Assembly: GCA_000934665.2 (NCBI GenBank)
Contig: KZ538377.1
Location: forward strand, 56,640 to 76,639
Origin: Catajapyx aquilonaris
Lineage: Eukaryota
DNA: 20,000 bases
Reading direction: 5' to 3'
Below, piece after piece: positions 12,101 through 19,900 of this stretch. The notes under the pieces were generated by a model that saw nothing but the letters and a program-made list of their open reading frames with translations, was not told the origin of the DNA and ran no database searches. The position numbers and the translations under genes are program-made. How positions within the stretch are numbered: the first letter of the stretch is position 1; every line of letters begins with the position of its first letter.

Positions 12101-15100
12101 TAATTACCTTTTTCCCCTGGAACGTATCCCTCCGGAGGGGACCATCTGCATGCGAATGGCCGAACTAGCTGCGAGAGGTAGGGGGGCTTTTCCTAGTCGG
12201 AGCAATATAGAAACAATTTTCCAGGCAGGCAAAGGGTCGTAACCTAACTCACAATTCCCCCGGATTTTTTACTCTCTCATCCGAGCCTCGCCTTATCATA
12301 ACATTTTTTTTATCAGGCTATACCGGCCCCATTCTAGGGAGTCGCAAAGCTCTTCTAATGTAAAATCGAAGAGGGGAGAGGTTATGGCAAGAAAGAAAAA
12401 AAAGGAAGAGTAGCGATTCTAAATGCGAGTCAAAGGGGCTTAGAGGGGGGCAAAAATCGGTTTCAAGGAAGTGTAAAGTTGACTGGGGCATGTAAATGGC
12501 CGTTCGCAACCGAAAAGTTTCTAATAGTTTTTAGAAAGCATGAACGATCCTCATGTTAGGTTAGGATAGGTTAGGTTAGGTTAGGTTAGAGTCACACGGT
12601 ATTGCTGTGAAACCCCGTAGCATGTAATGTCCTACTAACTGTCCCCTTCCCCCGACTAACACCCAGCAGCGACGACACCGACGGCCATTACCAGGCCCCC
12701 GCCACATCCTCACCTGTGCGAAGACATCATTTGCGAATACGGGGCAGTTTGCGAGGTGGGACCGGACGGCTTCCCTCGTTGCTCGTGCCATTTCAACTGC
12801 ACCCAGGTGATTACCACGTCGGTCGGAGGGGAGAGCGTCCACTACCATCACCCCATTTGTGCCTCGGACCTGCGACTCTACACCTCCGAGTGCGCAATGA
12901 GGATGGAGGCCTGTCAGAGGCAAATTGAGCTCAGACCCAGGCCATTGGAGCTGTGCGAAGGTCTCTAATATACACAATCCTACCCGTAGTTCCATTCCCG
13001 ACCTGTGGTGTTGACATTGTGTAGAATTATATGAATCTATTTGTTCCGATTGATTTTCATTTCGTGATCTGACTCACTCCCTTCAACTTCGTGCGCAGAA
13101 ATGGAGATCCGTCCATGCAACGGCGAACCCCCGCTGTCCCACGAGCCCACAGGAAGAGAGTTGGACTGTGGCGATGGTTCCAACAGAGACGATTGCCCTA
13201 CAGGAAGCTACTGCCACAAGACCCCCACATTCGCCCGGTGCTGTCGGAAAGGAAAGGGCATCATTGTTACAGGTAAGTGGAGACTAAACCACTGCCTAAG
13301 TCAAGAAACTATAAGTGGATCCATATTCAGGTCCGGCGGTGGACGAGCCTCCGGTGATGAAGAGTTGTCGCGACGCCCAGTTCGGATGCTGCCCCGATGG
13401 AAAGACGCCTTCTCCTGGAGCCAACTATGCTGGATGCCCCTCGTTGTGCGGATGCAACAAGCTGGGTTCGTATGAGGAGACCTGCGAACCTGGAACAGGC
13501 CAGTGCAACTGCAAGCCAGGTGTAGGAGGAGTCAAATGCGATCGATGCGAGCCAGGATTCTGGGGATTGCCTAAAATCTCAGAAGGAAACTCTGGTTGCA
13601 TACGTAAGTACACCATTGCTGCTTGAAATAGCAAAAGAAGTCACGATGTTCGGTTTCAGCCTGTGGTTGTTCCCTGTTTGGATCCGTTCGAGACGACTGC
13701 GAGCAGATGACCGGCCGATGCGTGTGCAAGCCTGGGATACAGGGACAGAAGTGCAACATCTGCCCAGAAGGGAAAGTGCTTGGGCCTAACGGATGCGCCG
13801 CTTGTAAGTTGTGTAGAGATTCATTGGTTTTGTGGTATCTCACAGCCTTGTTTTGGTGCAGTGGGTGCGACGACACCTGTTCCGCACAACTGCGACGAGC
13901 TGGAGTGCTTCTTCGGAGCCCTCTGCGAGATGCACGAGGGACATGCGGAGTGCGTGTGTCGCGTGTCCTGTCCAGAGGACGCTCCCAAGATGCAGGACGT
14001 CTGCGGAAGCGACGGGCAGACATACGGATCCGAGTGCCAGCTGCGGCTGTTTGCATGTCGGTACCAGAAGGACATTGTCGTCAACGCGCTTGGGGCTTGC
14101 ACAGGTCAGTTGATAGAACAAGTTGCGCTTCAGAGGAATGTGTACTGACATTCATTGTTTCAGAGGACAACATGCCGACGGATTCCCCACTGCGACGGTC
14201 CACGGCGTTGAGGTACACCGAGGCCGGGTATGTCAGCTCACCCGGAGCCAAGTCGACCAGACACCTTCCTCCGGACCACTTGGCCACCAACCTCCTGGCC
14301 GAGAACCTCTTCAGCTACAGGCCTACTCCGGCCACCATCCAGGTGCAGGGATTCTTAGGGGACCACTGCATCAGCGACTTCGAATGTGCCACGCCGCACA
14401 GCCAATGCATGTCGGGACACTGCGTCTGTGCAGACGGATTCTCGCAAGGACACAATCGACAAGACTGCTTTTGTAAGAGGATAGTGTACATGACACCGAT
14501 GTTAGGCAGTAGAGCTAATGACCAGTTTTGACTGTTGCAGCGAACACACCGCCAATACATCCAACAGTGCAATTCAACGCATGTGCCTCGCAACCATGCC
14601 AGGGAGGAGGTTCTTGCAGCGAGGCCTCGGATGGGGATGGGTTCACTTGCTCGTGTCCACCTGGGCGAACCGGATGGCTTTGCGAACATTTCGTGGCTGG
14701 GAAAGGTGATGGTCTAGTATTGTCCAGGAAATCGCAGACTATACTAACTGCCATTTATTGCAGTTGTTGCCATCCCTGCCTTCAATGGACGTGCCTTCGT
14801 CGAACTGAAGAAGCTCGTTGCTTACATGAAGCTAAGCCTCGAGATCGAATTCAAAACTTTTGCAAACGACGGGATCCTACTGTACGACCAGCAGAAACCG
14901 GATGGAACCGGAGACTTCGTTTCCCTAGCCATAGTTAACGGGTAAGCTTATCAGAGGAGACTTCTCTACTATTGAACGCAGTACCGGTTTAGTAAGTGTG
15001 AGACAACACACGTCCCACATTAACACTGTTTAAAGAGAAGACACCAATAAATTGTGATTATGTCATAATAGGTTTCTTCTCCGATTTCAGTCACGTTGAG

Positions 15101-18003
15101 TTCCGTTACGACCTCGGAAACGGCCCCGTGATCCTCCGGTCTCCGCAACGAGTCCGGCTGCGACACTTCCACCGAGTGGTGGCTAAACGGTACCAGAGGG
15201 ACGGGATGCTGAAGTTGGACGACGGAGAGGACGTGGCTGGACAGTCCCAGGGCTCCCTGAAGGCTCTGGACCTGGGCGAGAGCGCCTTTGTCGGGTACGT
15301 GCCCACGGCACACCCGAAAGTATACGACAACATCGGCACGGGCAACGGATTGGTCGGGTGCATCCGGAAGCTGAAGGTCGGACGGAGGGTGGTGGATCTG
15401 ACCTCTCCTCCGTCACTCCCGGTGTCCCCTCCTCCTTCCTCCTCTTCCCCTTTTCTGATCGAAGCCTCTCCAACCCCATCCATCTTTTCTACTTCGCCCC
15501 AACCCAACAGCCTCATCCTCCGAGCCGAAGGACTGGGCGAGTGCGGGGACAACCCATGTGCCAGCGTGCCATGCAAGCACCAAGGAACCTGCGTGCCTGT
15601 CGACCAGCACAGCTACCAGTGTGCCTGCGCACCTGGATTTACAGGTAAGACACATGTGCACTTCGTTATAGACTTTTTCTCATTTAAAAAAAAGTGTTAT
15701 AGGACGCCTCTGTCCGTCTGTCAGTCAGTGGACAGGTATCAGGGCCTAAACCGCAGGAGATGGCGACAAACGGTTTTCGGATTCGGATTCAGTGGACCCT
15801 AAATAGGTTTCATGGTCAACTTCCGGTGACCAGCCACTTCTGGTTTTCCGGATTCACTCTATCCTCCAACATGACTTAGAAATTATTTACCTATGATTAC
15901 TTGGCAACGGGAAGTGAGACTGACAACATTCTACGTCATTGTTGTCCAATTTGAATTTCCTTGGCAATGAGAAAAAGTCTACTCGAATCACGCTCGTGTG
16001 ATTTGCCCATATCTTTGAGTATACCATGGAACATGTTTTAGGTGAGCTGTGTGAGACTGCGTTAGACCCCTGCCTTTCTGACCCCTGCGCCCAAGGAGCC
16101 ACCTGCGCCCCACTGCCCCAGGGCGGATTCGTATGCAAATGCCCTCCGGGTCGCACAGGTCGACACTGCCAGGAGGTGGACACGGAGCTGACCGAGGTGG
16201 CCGTGGCCGCCTTCACCGGAACCTCCTACCTGGAGCTCCCCAGACTGGAAGGGGTCGGGAAGGCCTTTTCTCTGGAGCTGTGGTTCCTGGCCCACGAGCC
16301 TGATGGTCTCCTCCTGTTCGACGGACAGGAAGGACCCAGAGGAGACTTCATCGCGCTGTCTCTCGAAGGTGGCCGCCTTCACTTCAGGTACGACTTGGGG
16401 AGCGGTCCTGCCAACATATCGTCTCCTGAAGAAGTGAGAATGGGCTGGTGGCACGCGGCAAAGGTCAGCCGGGTCGAACGGGAGGGCAGTCTTCAGCTGG
16501 ACGGAGGCAGGATCGTGACTGGGTCGTCTCAGCCTCCTCTGACCGAGCTGAACCTGGAGCTGCCCCTCTTCCTGGGAGGGGTGCGGCCCGAGCTGGCCCT
16601 GCCCCTGGCTCTGCCCCAGGGTACGGCCCGTGGGCTGGAGGGAGCCATCCAGAAGATCATGGTCAACGGGGAGGTAGTTGGGGACCTCATGTCCAGGGCC
16701 ACGGCCTCTCATCGGGTCCAGGTATTTCGGGGGCCTCCATGTGGACCCACCTCGCCTTGCAAGCATGGCGGTGCCTGCCAGCCACACCTCAACGACTTTG
16801 TCTGCAAATGTCCACTACACTTCACTGGAAGGCTCTGTGAGAAACGTAAGAACATATTAATGCAACAATGCAACATGATTCAGTTCAATCACACATCAAT
16901 GTGTTGGCAGGCATGGAAGAATCAGACTTGCAACGACCAGTGTTGTTCACCGGTCAGACCTTCCTGAGATATCCCAACCGCATCAATAAAATGTGAGTAT
17001 GACCACTCTTTAACATTCTGACTAACAAACTAACTGACTAACCCACTTTGCACTGTAATTAGTGCTAACATCACTAACCTGAGTCTGACCGACTGGTACG
17101 CTTTGGAAGATGACGAGGAGGAGTATGACGAAGAGTACGAAGGAGAGGATGCTTATTTTGAGGAGTTTGAGGAAGAGGGAATGGTGGAAGGGATGGAGGA
17201 GGAAGAAAGGGTTAGAGGGGAGGATGAGGAAAACATGGGCATTGTGATAGAAATGGAAGATGAAGAAGACAGGTCAGCACACTAACATTTACTGTAGTGA
17301 ACAGGGTCAAAGCGCCTGTCATTTGCTCTCCAGGGCCATTGCAATTGTAATTTATTAATCTGCCTTCGTATTACTTGACTAGTCGTCGTGGACAAAAACG
17401 GAATCGTCTGGAGCTGCTGTTCCGCACAAGAGAAGCCAACGGGCTTCTAATCTGGATGAACCGAGGCACCACTCTCAGGGGCGACTACTTTGCAGTGGCG
17501 CTAGTCGACGGCTTTGTAGAGTTTTCATACAATTTGGGCACGCAGCGGAGCTTCTTTGTCCTCAAATCTAAGGTAACCCAGCCGGTGTTAATAGTGCCCA
17601 CACGTACTAATTGTCCCCAAATTCCAGGTGCGAGCAGACAATGGTCAGTGGCACAGCTTGGTAGTCCATCGCAAGAAGCGACTCGGAATCCTCCAGGTGG
17701 ACAAGGAGACGCCTGTGAAAGGGGTGTCTGAACAGGGAGCAACAGCCCTCAACACAGATGGCCAACTATGGATAGGTTCGTGCTCATCACATTGTTGTAG
17801 TTGCGATTGTCACAATATTGTAAAACATTGCAGGAGGAGCTCCTACGTTGCCGTCAGGGCTACCAGCGAGTTACTACTTAGGCTTCAAAGGCTGTTTAGA
17901 CCAGGTACTGGTGGACAAGAGGAAGCTACACCTTGTGATGCATGGCGAGAATCAAATCACGCAGTTCTGTCCCGAGAGCGAGGACGGAAGGGAAACGGAC
18001 TAA
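2915..18003 (+). CDS. Agrn: Agrin, 5'-partial multi-exon gene: join(2915..3127,7312..>7352[gap],8033..8147,10877..11095,12667..12960,13099..13272,13331..13603,13660..13803,13862..14104,14164..14472,14541..14705,14764..14941,15091..15644,16042..16845,16911..16992,[17063..17272 optional],17383..17572,17628..17775,17834..18003)
   Basis: All junctions are GT-AG with matching phases, except at the gap. The order of multiple Kazal/FS, FGCCPDG motif, 2 laminin-EGF, Kazal, then EGF/LG1/EGF/EGF/LG2/EGF/LG3 is diagnostic of agrin. Stretches such as CKPGVGGVKCDRCEPGFW, VRDDCEQMTG, CGSDGQTYGSECQL and GATALNTDGQLWIGG closely resemble vertebrate agrin as I recall it. Confidence 0.96.
3494..3775. mobile_element. 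Possible degenerate CAC-terminus MITE with internal TCAACCAA/TTGGTTGA repeats
   Basis: 3' end TTTTTTTCAGTG, imperfect 5' end CACTCGCAAAAAG; multiple inverted TTGGTTG motifs. Confidence 0.4.
4402..4710. mobile_element. MITE (hAT-like termini) with internal subrepeats related to the 33-bp minisatellite
   Basis: TIRs TAGCGACGGGAAAA / TTTTCCCATCACTA (12/14, both mismatches C/T at CpG); no target-site duplication (TSD) seen. Confidence 0.65.
6578..6818. mobile_element. Possible MITE with ~23-bp imperfect TIRs
   Basis: GTGGCCAAGTTTAACTCTCATGCT vs AGCATGAGAGTTACCTTTGCCCC; 13-bp perfect core. Confidence 0.45.
7312..7352 (+). CDS. Agrn: Agrin exon, 3'-truncated by assembly gap (NGCENKQCDFYAVC...)
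   Basis: Acceptor tttatttacag|, phase 1 matching the previous exon; FOLN-type C-x4-C-x5-C start; ends at N7353. Confidence 0.85.
7353..7353. other. Assembly gap (N) next to a poly-C run, interrupting an agrin exon
   Basis: Coding sequence stops abruptly at the n. Confidence 0.9.
8033..8147 (+). CDS. Agrn: Agrin exon: C-terminal half of a Kazal domain (NRAPVCGTDGTTYKNECDLRVAACKKEQFIVVASRGDC)
   Basis: ttccag| acceptor, |gtgagt donor; classic PVCGxDGxTYxNEC motif; absent from the ORF track. Confidence 0.93.
9447..9692. mobile_element. MITE with 31-bp TIRs and 4-bp TSD (AACT)
   Basis: GAAGAGCACAGGGGAAAAGGGGGGAATGTCA vs TGACATTCCCCCTTTTTCCCCTGTGCTCTTC (1 mismatch); AACT at 9443-9446 and 9693-9696. 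Confidence 0.85.
9898..10117. mobile_element. hAT-like MITE with GCACTCCA subrepeats and internal hairpin
   Basis: Ends CAGGGGTCGA / TCGACCCCTA; inverted 20-mers at 9961-9980 and 10064-10083; 13-bp perfect stem at 10044-10075. Confidence 0.6.
10877..11095 (+). CDS. Agrn: Agrin exon: follistatin/Kazal domain (DLCQHVKCKFGARC...YGECKEGFAAGI)
   Basis: ttccag| acceptor, |gtgagt donor, phase 1-1. Confidence 0.93.
12556..12590 (+). repeat. Interstitial (TTAGG)7 arthropod telomere-type repeat (two variant units)
   Basis: ttagg ttagg atagg ttagg ttagg ttagg ttaga. Confidence 0.9.
12667..12960 (+). CDS. Agrn: Agrin exon: Thr/Pro linker plus Kazal domain (TATTPTAITRPPPHPHLCEDIICEYGAVC...PICASDLRLYTSECAMRMEACQRQIELRPRPLELCE)
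   Basis: CAGCAG acceptor at 12664-12669, upstream TACTAAC, weak donor AG|GTCTCT, phase 1-1; Kazal Cys pattern. Confidence 0.85.
13099..13272 (+). CDS. Agrn: Agrin exon: Lustrin/WR1-like cysteine repeat (PCNGEPP...DCG...DCPTGSYCH...ARCC)
   Basis: gcgcag| acceptor, |gtaagt donor, phase 1-1; C..G.P..C..CPxGxxC..CC pattern. Confidence 0.88.
13331..13603 (+). CDS. Agrn: Agrin exon: FGCCPDG motif plus laminin-EGF 1
   Basis: ttcag| acceptor, |gtaagt donor; CGCNKLGSYEETCEPGTGQCNCKPGVGGVKCDRCEPGFW. Confidence 0.95.
13660..13803 (+). CDS. Agrn: Agrin exon: laminin-EGF 2 (PCGCSLFGSVRDDCEQMTGRCVCKPGIQGQKC...)
   Basis: tttcag| acceptor, |gtaagt donor, phase 1-1. Confidence 0.95.
13862..14104 (+). CDS. 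Agrn: Agrin exon: last follistatin/Kazal domain
   Basis: tgcag| acceptor, |gtcagt donor; VCGSDGQTYGSECQLRLFAC. Confidence 0.94.
14164..14472 (+). CDS. Agrn: Agrin exon: Ser/Thr/Pro linker plus EB-like module (LGDHCISDFECATPHSQCMSGHCVCADGF...DC)
   Basis: tttcag| acceptor, |gtaaga donor, phase 1-1. Confidence 0.9.
14541..14705 (+). CDS. Agrn: Agrin exon: EGF-like 1 (NACASQPCQGGGSC...FTCSCPPGRTGWLCE)
   Basis: ttgcag| acceptor, AG|gtgatg donor, phase 1-1. Confidence 0.92.
14764..14941 (+). CDS. Agrn: Agrin exon: laminin G1, N-terminal part (IPAFNGRAFVEL...DGILLYDQQKPDGTGDFVSLAIVNG)
   Basis: TACTAAC at 14742, ttgcag| acceptor, |gtaagc donor, phase 1-2. Confidence 0.94.
15091..15644 (+). CDS. 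Agrn: Agrin exon: LG1 C-terminal part with Ser/Pro insert, plus EGF-like 2
   Basis: tttcag| acceptor (phase 2), HVEFRYDLGNG...GCIRKL, |gtaaga donor. Confidence 0.93.
16042..16845 (+). CDS. Agrn: Agrin exon: EGF-like 3, laminin G2 and EGF-like 4
   Basis: ttttag| acceptor, |gtaaga donor; DGLLLFDGQ..GDFIALSL..FRYDLGSG..LNLELPLFLGG. Confidence 0.95.
16911..16992 (+). CDS. Agrn: Agrin exon: start of LG3 (RMEESDLQRPVLFTGQTFLRYPNRINK)
   Basis: ggcag| acceptor, |gtgagt donor, phase 1-2; matches the FDGRTFVEYLN strand of agrin LG3. Confidence 0.92.
17021..17286 (+). promoter_or_regulatory. Cluster of ACTAAC motifs (branch point and/or STAR/QKI/How binding sites)
   Basis: ACTAAC at 17021, 17029, 17037, 17073 and 17281; GCTAAC at 17064. 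Confidence 0.6.
17063..17272 (+). CDS. Agrn: Putative alternative cassette exon: 70-aa acidic insert at the LG3 z/B site
   Basis: taattag| acceptor, AG|gtcagc donor; 210 nt, phase 2-2, stop-free in the agrin frame; flanking introns 70 and 110 nt. Confidence 0.78.
17383..17572 (+). CDS. Agrn: Agrin exon: LG3 (RRGQKRNRLELLFRTREANGLLIW...GDYFAVALVDGFVEFSYNLG)
   Basis: gactag| acceptor (phase 2), AAG|gtaacc donor. Confidence 0.93.
17628..17775 (+). CDS. Agrn: Agrin exon: LG3 (VRADNGQWHSLVVHRKKRLGILQVD...GATALNTDGQLWI)
   Basis: ttccag| acceptor, G|gttcgt donor. Confidence 0.94.
17834..18003 (+). CDS. Agrn: Agrin terminal coding exon (GGAPTLPSGLPASYYLGFKGCLDQVLVD...FCPESEDGRETD*)
   Basis: ttgcag| acceptor; LG C-terminal GFxGC motif and final Cys; TAA at 18001-18003. 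Confidence 0.94.
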
Positions 18004-18678
18004 GGTCATGTTCGGCCATTGAAAGCAATGTCTTCCTACCGTCACACTTTTAAAAAAAAAACCAAGAAGAAGAAAAAAGCCAGCTGCGAAAACCAACGCG
18101 GTACAGTACATGTGGTGTCATGTGTCAATCGATAGGTGTGTGTATACCTTTATAGCATCCCCCCAGTAACTCAGGAATTCGAGAGAGGCGCGAGTGTGTG
18201 GGTCGAGATGCAACTCGATCAAAGTGTGTATCATATGTGTACAGTGTTTTCCTGCAAGTTTCTTAAATGCGGCCCAACAGCAGTGTTCATTTCTTGTGGT
18301 TTGGTGTTCCTTGCTGCATATAGTGAAAGAAAGCAAAAAAAAGAGAAGCAAAAGCAAAAAAGGCTTTGGGGAAAAAAAGCAATCAATCAATCAATTTGTA
18401 GAGTGCGTCCGTGTCCATGAACAGGCAGGGTCTTTTACCACCAGATTCACTGCCAAAAAAAAGAGACTTGTGGATGACTCCCTTTCGCAGACTTTTACAA
18501 CTGAAGACGCCCAATGCATGTCCCGCGACATGAACGTGTGGGATTGTGTTTATTTGTACAGTAATAATAAGGAAAGATTAACACAGCTGTTTGATTTAAT
18601 TTCACATCATTTGGAACACTTCACATGTATAAGTTCCTCATTAACTGACTGTTAAGAGCTAAAGGTGTCAAAAAGTTA

Positions 18679-18684
18679 AATAAA
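18679..18684 (+). terminator. Candidate polyadenylation signal AATAAA
   Basis: AATAAA about 675 nt downstream of the agrin stop; no transcript evidence. Confidence 0.35.
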
Positions 18685-19835
18685 ACTGCAGTTAGCTCTT
18701 AACTGGCAGTTAAAAGGTTTAGAAAATTCATCATGTTTACCACCAGCCAATCCAATTTCCTCCCTACATAATTATACAGATGATTTTCTTAATTATTTCT
18801 AGGCCCTGTTTCAGGAGTACGAGAGAGTAGCGTACCCGATTGTCAGCAGGTTTGTTTTAACCTGTGGTCCTAGGATAAGTTCATATCTAACATTATTTAT
18901 GTACATTAACACGGCGATAATTTCAGAGTGACCAGACTAGGTAAACGGATGTTGCCAATTTTATAGATTCCATGTGCCATCGGGGTCATGGGTTCATCTT
19001 GTTATCTTCACACGAACAACCCATGAACTGACCTCACAAACCAGTCGACAAGTGGTCACTGTTGTTAGCCAATCACCTGACACATTGAGACTGTCTAAAA
19101 ATGAACAAGCTTATAATTTCGGCATGAGGATGCTTGGTGCGACATTGTGTATTTTATGTGATGACTGATGACAATGACGATGACGATGTGATGATTAGAG
19201 CCAAAGAGAGAGAGAAAAAGAGGGTGAGAGAAGCGAGGACATGTGGGATGGAATTATTGTGTCTTCTGTGATGTCTTGTACGTCATAAAACTAACAACCC
19301 TTTCCCCCTCCCCTTGAAGTCAAAAAAAAAGAAAACTCCAAGACCTCCACCCAATTTCAATTAGCCCATTAATTCTTTATTATTTTTGTATTTCTTTCCA
19401 CCATTCTCTCGAACGAAAGCATTTTTCAAAACACTAAGTACTCGTAAAACACTCCTTTTATCAAGATGAAAAAGAAGAAATTACGTGTTCATAGTTTCTG
19501 CCGATGGTAACAAGTAAATATGCGCCTTTGCCGTTTTGCACTGATCACCAGCTATATTTTGTGTTGTAAAAATAGGGAATCCAAACCGAAAAGAAAGAAG
19601 TGGCGGGGAAAACTGGAAAAGCCGCGAAAATAATGGTTTCTGATAACATACAGTATAATGAACATGCCTTTTTTACTTAATATAACTGAAACACAAATTA
19701 TCACATTATTTTACTTAACACACTAATAAGGCTGAAAAATGTAACCTAAATCAAATATTTTATGGTGATTGTTGAATTTTGTGGCGCCCTTTCTTTACAA
19801 TGAGTACATGCTGGAGAGAGTGTCAGTATCGAAGT

Positions 19836-19900
19836 AGCGCAGTGGTCTAGTGGTTAAGACTCTCTCTTCGTAACGTGAAGGTTGAAGGATCGAATCCTGA
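19836..19900 (+). pseudogene. tRNA-like sequence (Thr-CGT-like anticodon loop): tRNA pseudogene or SINE head
   Basis: Box A TGGTCTAGTGG (19843), loop TTCGTAA, box B GGATCGAATCC (19887); acceptor and anticodon stems do not pair. Confidence 0.6.

Noticed and set aside
12556..12590. TTAGG array as a real telomere
   Set aside because: Only 7 units, internal to an intron with contiguous gene structure on both sides.
13707..14531. 274-aa ORF as a single coding unit
   Set aside because: It reads through two introns and a Kazal exon in the wrong frame; the spliced model explains all domains.
16062..16787. 241-aa minus-strand ORF and other antisense ORFs at 12576-15661
   Set aside because: Shadows of GC-rich agrin exons with no recognisable protein features.
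17331..17382. Alternative acceptor ctctccag at 17333
   Set aside because: In phase 2 it reaches an in-frame TAA before 17383.
2915..18003. Alternative identities such as pikachurin/EGFLAM, perlecan, eyes shut or a Kazal protease inhibitor
   Set aside because: Only agrin combines tandem Kazal/FS, two laminin-EGF and three EGF-separated LG domains in this order.
18136..18655. ORFs downstream of the stop codon
   Set aside because: A-rich low-complexity probable 3' UTR with no coding signature.
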